64,000 nt of DNA, taken from Vicugna vicugna (Eukaryota). The position numbers and the translations under genes were made by a program. Positions 23,989 through 37,975 of the stretch are shown in pieces. The first letter of the stretch is position 1; each line of letters starts with the position of its first letter. The stretch is taken from NCBI GenBank assembly GCA_013265495.1, contig MU058009.1, forward strand, positions 3,553,780-3,617,779, read 5' to 3'. The notes below the pieces were generated by a model, which was not told the DNA's origin, did not search any database, and was given only the letters and a program-made list of their open reading frames with translations.

Positions 23989-25306
23989 GCCTGTTGTCCG
24001 CACATGTTAGCTCTGTCAGGGAAAGAGCCTGAGCAGAATTAGGAGTCGGAAAGGTGAGAGTGAGTTTCAATACTCTGTTTTTTTTTTAACTTTGTAATGG
24101 GGAGGTACCCAATTTGGCAGGAAAGAAAGCCAATGGCTGCTCTTTCTGGCTCAATGGATTATTTTTAAAAATCCACGTTTCGGGGAAGAAAGAGAAATAG
24201 ACAGAGAAAGGAACAAGATGGTGGTTGAAATTGATCTGCATGCCAGGGAATTTCCTCCCCGCAGGTGAAATAACAGAGCACCTAATGTGGGCCAGGGCCT
24301 GACTCTGCACCCCTCTCCCCCAGCAGAAGTGTGGAGCCAGTTCAGGGAGACTGAGGTTCCTCCCTGGGGCCCTGCCCCTGGGCAGCTTTTCTACAGCAGC
24401 CCCCTTACCTGCCCCAGGTGACAGGACGCCACTCCAGAGGGCGGGGCTGGGGCACAGTGACTGGGGAGTGAGCGACAGGCTCCCTAACAAGATGCAGCTG
24501 AGGGAGCAGCTTGCTGACAGAACAATTTGCTGGTGCCCAGAATATCCGCCCAGCTCGGCCACCCGGCAGCCCAGGCGTCAGGAGAAACTTCAGGATTTGT
24601 CACTCGCCGAGGTGTCTGCGAGCCGTTGCAGTTCCCACCGCACTTTTCCAGAGCCGCAGCCTTGGCACGTTCTCCAGCGAGGCTTGCTGAGCCCCGGGAA
24701 TCACAGGCAAAACTACTCCCCTTTCCCTCCCCTTCCTGATCTGCTTGTGTTCATGTAGGAGACTGGAAAAGCAGTTCTCGGTTTATTTCTGAAGCTTAAG
24801 GGCTTCATGAGAAGTCTATCATTGAAAAATCAGAAACTGAAAAGCAACTTCTTAGACAATGAATTAGCAGCTCAATGAGCGTGTGCAGGGCCAAGTGCAC
24901 TGTAACTGGCTGCCTTGCAAATAGGAACTCCCCCGGGAGTCAGTAATCAAACACGTGGCAACAGGCTGTCTGTTTCAACACAGTGAGTAATCAAAGGAGA
25001 TTTGCAGCTAATCCAAATATAACAGAGAAGCATCCCGGGGAAGGCCGGGAAGAGGAGAGGCTAGAAGAAAGGTGAGGGGTGGACCACGCTTTCTGACCTG
25101 GAGCTCCACGTGCCACCGACACAACTTTGGCCCGCAAGGTAAACTCTGGGAGCAAATGAAGCAGCGTTAGCTGATTTGCATGAGAATTCTGAGTCCTGGA
25201 CTGGTTTGAGGGGCGGGGGCAGGTCAGGTGGGGGCGGACTTGCTCCACTGGGGAGGTGACTCGACGCCGCGTGCATCTCAGGAGACAGCTCCCTCTGCAC
25301 AGCGGT

Positions 25307-25457
25307 CACTGTGGTTCTGGGTGTGCTCAGCACCACCTGGGCACTGGCCAGAAATGCAGATTCTGGGGTGCCCCCCCAGACCTGGGGACATTCAGAGACT
25401 CTGAAGTGAGGCCCTTCAGGTGGTTCTGATGCCTGCTAACGTCTGAGGACCACTAGG
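25307..25457. mobile_element. MER5A-like MITE
   Basis: cacctggg...agaaatgcagattctgggg...caggtggttctgatgc...tgaggaccact. Confidence 0.85.
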
Positions 25458-28400
25458 TTTTCTGGTCCCCTAGGTGCCACAGGTACCCGGTGGTGCTCAG
25501 GGTTCTTCCGTGGGCGCCTCTGGCGGGTCGGTTCCAGATCCTGAGGCAATTCTGCACTGACCCACCCTTTCCTGATCCCCTCCTGGGGCTACGGGGCCAT
25601 GGGGAAAGAAACTGAACATTTTTAAAACCCAAACTAGTGCTCAGTGCCAGGCTCCGGCAGATGTTTGATGCGTGATGTTTTATTTGATCCCTTCTACAAC
25701 CTGGGAGCTGGGCGCAGCAGATAGGGTTTTATTGTTGAGACAGTTTTGGTGGAGAAACTTCTGCCTGCGCAGCTCAGGATGTTTCCCGAGCCTATGCCCT
25801 CTGCACTGTGCCCCACGGCACCCCCGGCACGTGCACCCTCTGTCCCCAGAACGCCTCAAGTGCCACCCACACAGAGCAACTGCCAGCCTGGCAGGGCCCG
25901 GGCTCCGCTCCCTCCCCCACCCACCCTACTCCTTGCCTCATGTTAATTTCCCACCTGAGTACTGAGCACTTTATAAATAGCAAATCTAAAATGAATTTTC
26001 TACCAGCGATCATTAACTCCCTTGACATCCATTAAACATTCTCGCAAGCAGAGTCAAGTGACAAAAGGGATTGATTTTTACAGGATGCTTAATAGGGGAA
26101 AGAAAGAAAGGTGTTGACAAGTCCTTTTTTTTTTTTTTTTGGCTCTGTCCTGATATCATGAGGAATGTGAAATCAGTCAAATCACTTTTATCTGAGAAAA
26201 AGAGAAGGTTTGGATTAGGGGCGGGAGGAGGCGGTGGAGAGAAGCCGCTCCCCCAGCTCAGCCCATGCCTGCATCTGTGTCAGGTAAACATGAAGCTGGT
26301 CAGCAGGTGCCAGCCACCAAGATGAATGTGTCAGATTTCATGCTTCAAAAGACATAGGATCCGAGCCAGGGAGGGCGTGGGGGCTGCGGAGGGAAGCCAG
26401 CCGGTCCAGGGAGAGGGAAAACCGCCCATCTTCTGCTGAAACTAGTGGAAGAATACATGTGTTGATGTGATCGTGGAAGTCAGACATGGCATCTGAGGCG
26501 CTGTAGCTGAAAATCTAACTTTGATTTCAATTTTCATATTTGTCAGCAATAATTAGATTCACAAAATGTTTTGCCACTGTTCTAAAATACTAATAAGTGG
26601 AGGCCTTTGTAGTGTGGTTAATGGAGTCTCTTTTCCCTAGTGGTCTAGAAAAATTCCATTAAGGCAAAAAGTCATACTATGTTACAGCGCTTCCATGGCC
26701 AGGCACTCAGCTGCCGCGGGAGCATCCGGAATCGCGAGCCCTCTGTGTGACCGGAGCCCCTGCGGGGGAGGGGGCCGGGGCTTCGTTGGCTTCAGCTGTT
26801 CACCATTCCCGACCTGTACGGACCTCCCTGGGGCGTGGTGGAAGCCAGCCAGCCAGCCAGCCAGAGACAAAAAGAGAAGCAAGTTCAATACCGCATCTTT
26901 GTCGGAAGGGTGAGCCTTTCTAAGTATCGCCTCCCCGAGCACGTTGAAGAGAGGACAGGAGGCCATGGGGTCAGGTGGCAGCCTGGCCCTGGCTGGGACG
27001 TGTGGCTCCTGCTGGGGGAGAGGAAGCCCGCTCCCTGCCCATCACCAGACTGGACCCCCCACCAGGGCGGAACCTGCGCACCCACGTGTCTCTCTCCTCC
27101 CACTCCCCTTTCTGCCCTGCAGGGGCTGGATTCTCTGGAGACAGGGTTTGAGTAAAAGGAGCAAGGCCTATTATTTTTGAATGATGGTTCCCTGGGGTGT
27201 CTGAACCCCTCTCTGCTGTCCCAGGGATCTCTGGGCAGGCAGTGTGTGATGGGGGTAAATGGCCACCCTTGCCTGGGTAGGTGTGTCATTCCCACTATCC
27301 AGAGTTGGGTGGAGACAGGCTGGGGGCTGGGGCATCCTGGCCTCCCTCGGCACATCTCAGTACCACGCCCCTGCGGCCATGCGGGGCCCACTCCGAAGGC
27401 TGGCGTCCTCGGGGATCCCTGCGCAGACTGCTGCTGCAGACAGCGAGCCCTTAGCTGACCTCCTGGAATCCGAAGAGCTCACGAAGTCGGCACCATGGAG
27501 CTCTTCACTACCTTCCCACATTATGAAGAGCACCCCCAAACTGTTAGTCCGAAGTCATCCACAATGGCGGGAAAAAGACGGTCCAGCGGGCACGGGTGGT
27601 CTCCTCCACCTGCCCACATGCTCCTCCTTGTGCCACATGGAGCTCTGCTCGGCCCGGGGCTGGACTGACTGGGAGTGGACACACCTGAGCCCTGAGCGGG
27701 ACATGGCGGCGGAGAGCAAGGACGGCAGGGTCCTGACCGGGACAGTAGCTCAGCCTGGACAGAGGACGATCTGCAGGCGCCACTCCTGACCCAGGTAGGA
27801 TGCGCCCATGCTGTGAATGCAGGGACCACGCCCCCTCCCCGAGCTGTTCCCTCCACACCTGTCTCTCGGGGACAGGGAACGGGAGGCTGTGCGCCTTCCC
27901 CAGAGTGCACACACCTCGCTCGGCCAGGCCTCCCTCCCCTCGCTCCTTCCTTCTGTCCTCGCCGCTGGCCGGCTGCTGCCTTGCGTCCCCGGTGGCACGT
28001 GCCAGGCCTCAGACCTCTGCAGCGCTTCAGCGGCAGGGGGGTTACCCCACCAGTGATCCGCGTGGCAACTGGGAGAGGCTTTTGTTGTGTCATTTCCTAC
28101 CTCCTTCAGCCTATTAAGCAAACAAAAAGTGCTTGTGGAATGAGAAATGTAAATGGCCCACGCCAGGCGATTAATCCTAGGTGTACAATTCCATTAATAA
28201 GGCCGCTTTTTAATAGGCGGCTCCGGCAGCGGCAGCGGGCAGGCCGGGAATTGATGTATTCTCTGTGACTGTATTGCAACTAATAGGATCTGAAGAAAAT
28301 GGTACCAGAGAAGCAGGCCTTTCAGCGCCGTTTCCCAATCAGCTGAAATGACGACTTGCGGGGCGGGAGGCCCTGCGAAGGAACAGCCCACGAACAGTGG

Positions 28401-31029
28401 AATGCCAGCCAGGAGTACCTGCTACTCCAAGCCCTGGCTTTGGGTTCTCCTGGCCTCTGTCTCCCTCCCAACAGTCAAAACCCAGTCGCCAGGGAGGTAG
28501 CTTCCAGGGAGAGCCGCCCGTCCCTGGCCCTGGCCCTGGCCTTCCCTGGACGCTGCCCTGTGAGGTTGCTTTGCCTAGAGATTTGGATTCACAGGGGTGG
28601 GGTGGGAGTCAGGATGCGCCGTCCTGGGGAGAGGACACCAGACGGGTCCAGTGCCGGTTAGCAACTAGTTAGCTGAGTGAGTTTGGACCATCTCGCCGCC
28701 TCTCTGGGTTCCCTTCCGGCTCCAAAACACAGTGAGTCTGAGTGCTTCTCCACAGAGCAGGCTGGGAGAAAGCTGGCACCTGCTATTCTGGGGAAAAGCA
28801 GGGCGCCTGTGCCAACGGGCGTGCCCGACCCGAGCGCCCGTCTGCCCTGCGGTCCGCAGGCCCGGGTGTCTGCAGTGACGCGGCGTCTCCGGTGGGCCCC
28901 CGCCGGGCGTTCTAGTCTCGCCGTATAGACTCAAACCCGTCCCTCGCTCCTGCGCTCACGCCCTCTCTCAGCAAACACTGCCGTCCGAGCCACGGAGGCA
29001 CCAGGTGTGGCCCTGGGCTCTGGGACCAAACCCCATCCTGGCGGAGCCAAGCTTTCCTGTCCTGTATCTGGCCCGGGCCCGCTCCTGGCTGAGACCCTCC
29101 CAGGACAGGAACCGGACTTCTCCGTGGGCACAGCAGCGAAGCCGGGCCCCCGCCAGCCCCTCTCGCCCCCCACCCGCCCCTCCTGGTCACTGGGTCTCTC
29201 TCTCGCCCATTTGTATGCGGACTCTGACCCTCCCTTGGTCGCAGGCTGGAGAGTAAATAGAAAAAGAAAAGGCAAAGCACATTCCAGTTGAAATCCCCAA
29301 GGAAACTGATGTGATTGCTGTACAGAAATGGTTCCAATAAGGGCAGAAAGGAATATTGCTTTTATAGCTTTTGGGACATAAAACATTTAGGAAATGTGAT
29401 TGACTGGCAGGGTCTAATATATCATTTATCTCACTCCCTCTGCTCCCTCTCTCTCCTCTCCCCACCACACACAGGCGGACACGGACAGGCAAACTTTTTT
29501 CCCCTTTTTGCTTTCCTTTCTTCTTCCCTCTCAGAGGCTTGGATTTATCATCATTCTGTTACGCGGGGAGAACTCCTGTGGCTATTTATAATTAATGCTC
29601 AGAAACCTGCCAATCCATTTAATGACACTGGCAGGTCATGGCCCCCATATAGCTCTCCATTAATCATCATTAGAACAGCTCCGAGTTTTTACATTCTTTT
29701 TAAATGTTAATTCACCTCTGGAATGCTCCTTTTAGTTAAAACTGTAAAGAGGCAAGTGGCTGGCGCCTCAGCGCTGCCCACCAGGGGAAAGGCATGGTGG
29801 CGTTGATAAAGCCTGGCCGCCCTGCTCTGTTCTTTTGTCCTCCACCCCCTATCCCCACCACCAGATGTCAACCCAGTTTGTTCTTTGCTTGCTGGTATTT
29901 ATCTAAAAAAAAAAAGTTGCCCGAGTGACTTAAAGTTCTGGGCAAGGAAACACACTCTGATATCTTTGGCGTCCCAGGGCCAAGGCAACAACCTTGGAGG
30001 AGCTGCTACCCCAGAGGAGGGTGGGGACATGGTTTTGTGTCTCTTACAGGTGATGGGCCAGAAAGGGCTCCAGGGGTAAGTGGGCCCGAGATCTGCCGTG
30101 TGGTTTTTCCAACACTCCGGACATGCTGCCAAGGGGCAGCTCATGGGGGTCACGCTGCATGAAGAAATCTCTGTGTCTGGAGAGCTCACCACTCACCACT
30201 CCCCTCTCCTTTGCCACGAATGGGCTCTGAGACTTTGGGCAAAACATTTCACTTCCCTCCTCATCTGCAAAATGGGACCCGCGTCTTTCCTGCCCAACTG
30301 ACGAGGTTAAATCTGTAAAGATTAGAGTCGAAATCATATTAAACTTTTAAAACTGCTGGATTGATGCAAAGGGTCAGGTCTTGCCTTTCCCCGCCTCTCC
30401 ACACACGTGTCCCCGGTGTTCTGAGGCCATGCACGCCCGTGTGTGTGTGCCTGCAAACCTCCATGGCTGTGGCATTTAAAGCATCTTTCTCCAGCCAGAA
30501 AAGCATATTTTGAGTCATCAAAATCTAGATAGCAGAATGAATGTTACATTAGGAATGGCGGATTCTAAACTGGGTCTCCACTCTGGGGCTTACTAACTGT
30601 GCATCTCTGAGCAGCTTACTGTACCTCTCTGAGCCTCATGCCCCTTCTCTTTGGACGTCGTGTTTCTAAGGCCCCCGACCTTGTATATCTCATGATTTTC
30701 TTGACTGCCCTCTGAGTCTGTGCACAGGGCCATGGCAGTGACTCAGGCCCACCAGGGACAAACTGGTCCCTTTGACCATCTGAGCCCTTTACTTCTCCTG
30801 GTCAAGCAGCATGCCCCAGAGTTTCAAACCCTAACAAAAGCAACCACGAATAGTTGAAAAGAATAGAATGTGTGTGGTTCAATTCACCTTTGACTCTGAT
30901 TTCTCCTGGCATCACCCACCTTTGTGCGAGGCATTTGGAACCATGGACTTGACTTTATTTTCAAGGCTGCCTCCAATCCACTGGTTGAACTGAGAGGACC
31001 CCTCAGGGCCTGGCGGGTACCAGGCACCT

Positions 31030-31185
31030 CATCCTTTTTAATACTTCTCCAAAGTAGGTTCACCCCACTTTGTGCATGAGTAAGCTGAGGCTCAGGGAAG
31101 TAGTGTGATAGTTCAAGGTTCATGTGGTTTGCACACTGCAGGGTCACAGGTCAAACCCACATCTCTTGAACTGAAGTCCAGTTTT
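31030..31185 (-). mobile_element. MIR SINE
   Basis: ccccactttgtgcatgagtaagctgaggctcaggga...caaggttca...tcaaacccaca. Confidence 0.65.
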
Positions 31186-32049
31186 TTCTGGTTTTTCGTG
31201 TCTCTTTATCTTACCCGCCAGCTTGACGAGTGCGCGTGAGCTGACACACCTTGGATGAAACAGAGACGTAATCTAGCAGCTGATCCTGTACTGGCGTGAA
31301 CTGTAACTAGCAAACTCTGATTTGGGCTAAAAACTGAAAAACCTGGGTCGATTCCTCAGTAAGCTTCCTTCATGACGTGTAAGAGAGCTTCCATGGGGTC
31401 TTCTGCAGGGAGGCCCACACGGCTAGCCTTCCTGGCTGTGTGGTCCCAGGGCCCGTCCTCCAGGGACGGCCGCGCCTCCCCTCCCCATCCCACAGGCATC
31501 ACCGGCACTCCAAGCCGACACCGGTCCCCAAGCTGGCTCTGGCCATCTGTTCTGCCCATCACTTGAGAATGCAATAAAGCCTGCTTGACAATCATGTCAG
31601 CACCAAGGGCAGAGAGGGCTGCCTGGGGAAAAGCTGTGTAAAATTCCTTCCTGCAAAGGTTGCGTCGAGAACGTTCGGGCCAGAGGAGCGCTAACAGCAG
31701 GCGGAGTATGTCTGACTCCTCCCCACCGCACTCCTGGGCTGTATTTGCGGATTTGCGCCAGCGCTTGCTTGGAATGAGTTAGTAATCACAAGAGCTTCCG
31801 AGAGCGTGGCTGCACACAGTGGAAGAGGCTTTCACAGATCTCTCCTGTCTTTAAACCTTCATGACTGCAGTTGGGTTTTAGAACCGCAGGCCTTAGGAAA
31901 CGTTTACCCCAACCCTCACAGCTGATCATTACTGATGTGTTTAGTTTAAGTAATGTGTCCTTATTAACATGATCTGGACACCGGACAAAAGTAGCTTTAA
32001 AAAGATTTAAAGTGACTCATGCGCAGTGACATTTAATGTATTTTCTTCC

Positions 32050-32360
32050 AATTTTCCCCCTCATTCTCTGCCATAGGTTTTATTACATAGTTGTGAGCGT
32101 ATCATTTATATCTCATTTTTTTTCTTTTAGGAATAGATCAAAAGCAATTTTCCGTGTCGTTACATAATATTAGTGAACATTATTTTAATCGGTTTCATTA
32201 CATTATATCAAGTAGATGCACAGGACCATGGCCCTCTGTTTGGACATCTTTGTTGTTCTAATTTGGAGCTGTTATAAATAACGTCTCAGTGAACTTCTCC
32301 ACGACTGTAGCTTTATTCCAGTTTTAGGGTTGTTTCCTTGGACCAGATCGCTAGAAAGCC
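32050..32360 (-). mobile_element. Old L1 (L1ME-like) fragment
   Basis: tttggacatctttgttgttctaattt...gctgttataaataac...gtgaac...tttccttgga. Confidence 0.6.
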
Positions 32361-33639
32361 TGTTGCCGTCAGATTCCTTTACTGCACTCAGGGGAAACTG
32401 AGGCAGGGAGCGAGGAAGGGACTGTGGTCCCATGGACAGTCGGAAGGGCAGCACTCAGACCAGAAGTCAGGGCTTCTGTCTCCTAGGTTCACATCCCTTC
32501 CATTCCGTGCTGGTCTTCAGAATTTCTAAATAAAAGAGCTTAACAAAGGTCTCAGGTGTCCACATAAAAGTTCATTTTTCATATCCAGTGATTGAGAAAA
32601 AACACAGTAAGAGCTACTGTGAATCCTGAAGCACTTGTGAACAATGGGTGTGACGTCAAATCCGGGAGCATCTCGGCGTATTTAGAAATGAAACGAGCCG
32701 CGTGTGTTGAGGAGTATCTGTTCCACCTGCTGACAGTGCTTGGTGTGCGTTTGGATCCTGAACCCTTTTTCAGACTCTTGTTCCCTCTTCCCGCCCTCCC
32801 CAAACCAGGGTCCTCGGTCCTTGGAAGAGAAGGCATCCGTCCCGAGTCTAAGCTAGACCCCCTGGGAAGCATGGTTCCCCTCTCTGGACCTTTCCTGCCC
32901 GCTTTAATTTACAGGTGGCTGAGTGGAAGAAGGAGATGGAGTGACTTATTCTGAACACTGAGAGCTGGCACGGCCTGCAGTGTCTCATGTAAAGATGTCG
33001 AGGCTTTACAGCCTGAGAGACTGGTCTCCAGTAACAGGAACGGGTTCCTTGGTATTCGGTACCGTCCTGATTGCTGTGTATGCGTTATTTTTGTTCGTTC
33101 TGACAATGTTTCTGTGATGAAGAGGGTGCTACATTCATCAGGATTTTAACAGAGGAGAAAACTGAAGAGGACATTGGTTCGGTTCTCAGGGAAACTGGAG
33201 ATCGGGTGAGGACTTAAGACTCGGAAGCTCGGCCTCCAGTCCTGTACCCGCTCCCTGTGCCCACGCAGCCTCCTCCACCCGTGCCCCTGACGTTTGCGAA
33301 GAAGTGAGGTGAGGCAGGTCGTGGTCCTTGCGTGCTCAGCCCTTATTCCCGCCCCCCCTCAACTCATCCAGGAGCCAGTTTGGGGGGAGGGAAAATGTGG
33401 GGCCCTTGGGACCGCCCCCTCTTTACCAGCCGGCTGTCTGCCATCACCGAGACAACGCTTCCTTCCGGGCAGAAGTGGATGCGTGGTTATCCAGGCAGCA
33501 ACCTCTTTTGACCTGGGCTCTGGGCTCTGACATGATTAGATCTGGGGGTGATCATGAGTACAGTATTCGACTGGACCACACAAAATCACCAATATTTAAC
33601 CATTTTTAAAAAATAGTCACTTTAAAAAAGTAGTGTGGC

Positions 33640-33783
33640 TTTTTTTTGGTGGTGGGGAGGTAATTAGGTTTGTTTGTTGGTTGGTTGGTTGGTTGGTTGG
33701 TTTGTTTATGTAATGGAGGCACTGGGATTGAACCCAGGACCTCATGCACGCTAAGCACGTGCTCTACCGCTGAGCTACACCCT
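33640..33783 (-). mobile_element. tRNA-Ala-derived SINE (camelid Vic-1-like)
   Basis: Reverse strand reads GGGTGTAGCTCAGCGGTAGAGCACGTGCTTAGCGTGCATGAGGTCCTGGGTTCAATCCCAGTGCCTCCA, then (CCAA)n, cctaattacctcccc and an A tail. Confidence 0.9.
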
Positions 33784-36699
33784 GTATTGCAGAAAATGGG
33801 GGGGAAGGTAGGCATACAGACACTGTGCCCCCCCCAGTCAGCAGGGGGAAGCTTCAGAGGGAGCCTGCACACCTAGAGGTGGTAGGCTGAGGAGACGTCA
33901 TGGATAGATGATTCGGACGGCACCTGTCCCTTCTCTCCAGTCTGTCTTCTCGTCCCCTCGGGGGTACCAGCTCTCCTGAGCGAGTTCACCCCAGGTCCTG
34001 CTCCCTCTAGCTTTCGTGAGGACCCGTGTTGGGGTTCCTGTCTCCTTTTGCTGAGGACCACACTCCTCTGGGATACAAGGCACCAGAGAGCCCCTCCAAT
34101 AGCATGATCTGTGTCCCCGGACGGCGTCTCCGTTCTGAATTCCGCAGTGGCCATCAGAGCACGGGGCGGCGAAACAGGGAGGCCTCGGTGTGGGTCCTGA
34201 TTCGCCGCCTGCTGTGTGGCCTTGAGCAGTTTGTCTCTTCTCTCTCCACTCGGGTTTCCTCACCTGCAGGTGAGGCTGCTGATCAAGTCCCAGAACACGT
34301 GTGGAAGTGCCCGTGCACCACGGTTGGGGGACACATTTTGCTCCCCTTTCTTCCCTGAATCTGGTGACCTGGAAGGATGCCAGGGGAGGAAGTCTGAGGT
34401 TGTCCTCTCACAGAGAAACGCTGTGTGTTGAACCGGAAGTTGGCCCCAAAGTCCCAACAGCACGGGTGTGACTGTATGAACAGTGGACCACAGAGTCTGA
34501 AATAAGGCACATTTTAGAAAATCTAGGGCGTGTGTTCCTTGTAATTTAATCTCCAGTTCTCTGCTTCCTCTCTCTGGGCCTAGCCTTCTAAGTTTCTGTG
34601 AGGCACGCAGAGAGACAAACGGAACCTTAGAGAAAGAAGAGGACGGTGGAAGTGGTGCGGAGGGAAAAGATGGAGATAGATAAATAGGTAGATGTTAAAC
34701 CCTTAACTCTCCAAAAGCCAGCAATGCTTAGTAATCAGAAAAGCCTTTAATTAAAACCCCAAATCCTACAGGCCTTATAGAGAGCGTCCCCGGGTCAAAC
34801 AGGACAAACTCCCAGGTCAGCCGGCCTTGCCTTCTCCCACCGAGGGTCTGAGCCCCGTCCAGCCGTCTGCTGCGTTTGAGAACCGTGCTCACCCCCCCCC
34901 ACGCCCCCTTCTGCTCAGGGAAGACTGCTGGGTTGCTCCTTTCAGTTGCTTCCTCTGGTTCAAACATGAGTTGTGAAAACAAGTGGACAAGGGTTCAAAT
35001 CCCTGGTGTGCCTTCTGCTGGTGTCAGTCGCTCGACCTCATTAAGTCAGCCGCCCACTTCAGCCTTACGCTGTCGTCAGGGTGAATGGAGCGACATGTGA
35101 CCACGCTCGGCGTGCAGCTTGTGTTCAACAAACAGACACATAGTTGAGCCTCGGGTATTTAGATGTGTCCGTAGTGGCTGCCTCTTCTCTCTCCACCTTC
35201 CGTCGCGTGTCCTTAACGCTCACCAGTGTCCGTCCCCTTTCTGAGGACACTGGGCATTTGGACAAGACATTCTAATTGGGCAATTACAAATGGTAAACTG
35301 AAAGAATTCCCTTTGTACAATTTTATCATAAGAATCTCCTTCATTATCCATAATAACATCATCATTGTGAAAGTCAGGCCACTGGATTTACTTTTTAAAT
35401 TTAAACTAAGAGTTTCAGCAAAATCGGGAACTCAACTGTGACTGGTGGCCACTGTGCGGTCTCCTGGTTACAGATGGAGCAGAGAGATGGTTAGCTGTGC
35501 CTCGCTCAGCCATCAAAGTCTTGGCAGAAGTCACTTTGCTGCTGTGGGACACTGTGCCTGTGAGCTGAGACTCACTCTGAGATGGTTTCTGGATGGGGTG
35601 CCAACTTTGGGAAGACAGCTGGCAGGAGGAACTGGGCAAGGGTCTTGAATGGGCGGGAGCATCTGGCTTGACTGAGCCCTCAGCCTAGAGTCTATTTCAG
35701 GAATAAATAGGTGTTATGGATGCAATACCATGAAAACTGTGTCATGTTGTAACTCCGGGGATAAAAGAGCGGGTCCGCATCGCGATCTCGGTCACACCGC
35801 TCAGCTCCGCCCACGGAGCACCTCCGGGACTCCGCGTCTTGTGCTGTGTTGGCAGAGAATGGTCACTGAGGACAAGTTCTTCTCTCCCCAGGAGAGGGAA
35901 CTAGGTCGACGAGAGAACAGCTCCAACTGTTGGAGGAGCCTGCTTGCCCAGGGGCCAAATGCACTTTGGCAGATGCTATCCCCTTGGGAAAGTTTCAAGA
36001 AATGAGAAACTAAGAGGAAAAAAAAGTGTTACACGGCTGCCCCTGGAAGATGGGCTGCCTCGATGGGCGTTGGAGAAAAGAGGCAGAAAGCCAGTAAGGG
36101 CGGAGCCGGGGAGGGTGCAGGCGCCCCCACGGGGTGGAAGGGGCACCCAGAGCTGGGCACAAGCCAGCAGATGGTGCTGGCTCCTGAGAAGCAGTTATTA
36201 AAACACAGCAGAGAGTCCAGGGTGAAAGACAGACACCCTGGGAGACTCTGGTCACACTGGTTCCATCGAACCTTTGCTGGAACCCTTGTTAGACTTTCAC
36301 GGCGTCCGCTGGCGTTCTGCAGAGCTCGGTGGAAACGACCCACGGGTCACATCCCAGGGCCCCCGCGGACTGTCCTGAGGAAATAGGGCTGCGCAGCGGG
36401 ACAGAGCAATCGAAGGGATGACTCAATGCAGGTTCAGAACGAAGAGGAAGGACATGCCATGGAGGTGGCAAGCACTGGGCCTTGGGGACTCAAGAAGGTG
36501 TACGTCACTTAACTGCAGTAGGGAAAGCTTAGTCTGCAGAAAGAGAAGAGCCAGCCAACCCGTCTGCACTTCTCCCAGATCCGGGGATCTCGAGGCTTCC
36601 AGGATGGTCATCGTTCTCCGAGGAGAGGCACTGCTGGCTCTCACGCCCATCGGAGGGACTCCCTCCTACTTCCCGGAAGCTGTCTCTGGCTGCGCCGTG

Positions 36700-37975
36700 T
36701 GAAATGCTAAGATCCTCTGTCCCTCAGCCGAGGCCGCCCTGGCCTCAGCGGTCGCAGCACATCACCAAGCACGGGCCCGCAGCGCTTCGCCCCCTCCTGC
36801 GTCCACCTCGCCCCTTGCTGCAGAAGCTCCGGGTCTGCCATCACTCCTTGGCAAATTCCCTCCACTCCCTGGCTCTCCTTCCTTCTGCTGTCTTTTCCTG
36901 GCAAAGCCTCAAGCCTGGTTGACACCACCTGTCTGCTTCTTCTGGTCGTGGACTTGGGAAGCCAGACCTTCCTGAGAGAAATGGCAATGAAATTGGGATC
37001 TGATGTCATGTAAACATCAGGCGGTATGTCTTGCTGCCCAGGATCCTACTACGCACTCCCAGGAGGTCTGCTTTCCTTTCCTCCAAGACTTCTAACTGTA
37101 CTTTCTCCCCTCTACTCAAATCAGGGACAAACTCACCTTCCAGGTGCCACATCTTCCTACACACCTGCAGCCCCATCCTTCTCTCCTGTTATAACAGGGA
37201 AATATCCCCTCCCCTTTCAGAGTTCAACGTCTCAATTTGTGCCCTAGGGGCCCCTCCCCTCCTCCCTCAAGGATTGCATCCCCGCCAGGATCTTTGTCTT
37301 TCTTCTACACCAGCACTTCGTACCTCTCCACTGGATCACTCCCCTCTGCACACCCACCTGCTCCAGCATCTCCCGTCTTTAAAACGACAGCTCTCACAGC
37401 AAGAACTTCTCGTGACCTCACAGCCTCCTTCAGCCACAGGCACAGGTTGCTGCTCCCCTTCCCAGGAAAGCTTCTCCAGGAAGCCGTCTTTATTTCTCGG
37501 CTGCACGTGTTCACCTCGCTCGCTCTTCAACTCCCCCGCCTGGCGCCGGTCCACACGGCTCCACGCTACCTGTCCTCACCAAGGTCACCAGCGACATTTA
37601 CGTTGCCAGTTAGAGTGCCAGTCCCCAGCCTTTCGTCCGCCTCTCAGGGGCACCGGACACAGTTCACCCTTTCTTCCTTTATGAAAGTGTTCCTCTCGGC
37701 TTCCTTGGCGTCACCCTCTCCTGGTTTTCTTCCCACCTCACCGAACACCCCTTTTCCGTCTCTTTGGCTGATTTCTTCTCTGCTGCCTCATCTCTATGTG
37801 CAGATTTGCCAAGGGCTTGGTCCTTACGCGCCTTCTCTTTCTTCACTTTTCCAGCACAGCTCATCCAGTACCACGGTCTCCAACACCTGTACATGTGGCC
37901 ATGGCCAAAAACGTATCTCCAGCCCAGACCTTGCCTGTGAACTCCAGATTTATACAGATGTCTCAGACTTAAGAT
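36700..37975 (+). mobile_element. L2 LINE, reverse-transcriptase region remnant
   Basis: ctcaccaaggtcaccagcgac (LTKVTSD)...ctctcaggggcaccggacacagttcac (decayed LSAAFDTVDH)...ctctcctggttttcttcccacctc...tatctccagcccagacct. Confidence 0.85.

Noticed and set aside
33714..33783. tRNA-Ala(AGC) gene
   Set aside because: The acceptor stem is imperfect and it is followed by a SINE body and tail also seen at 44206-44440, so it is a SINE head
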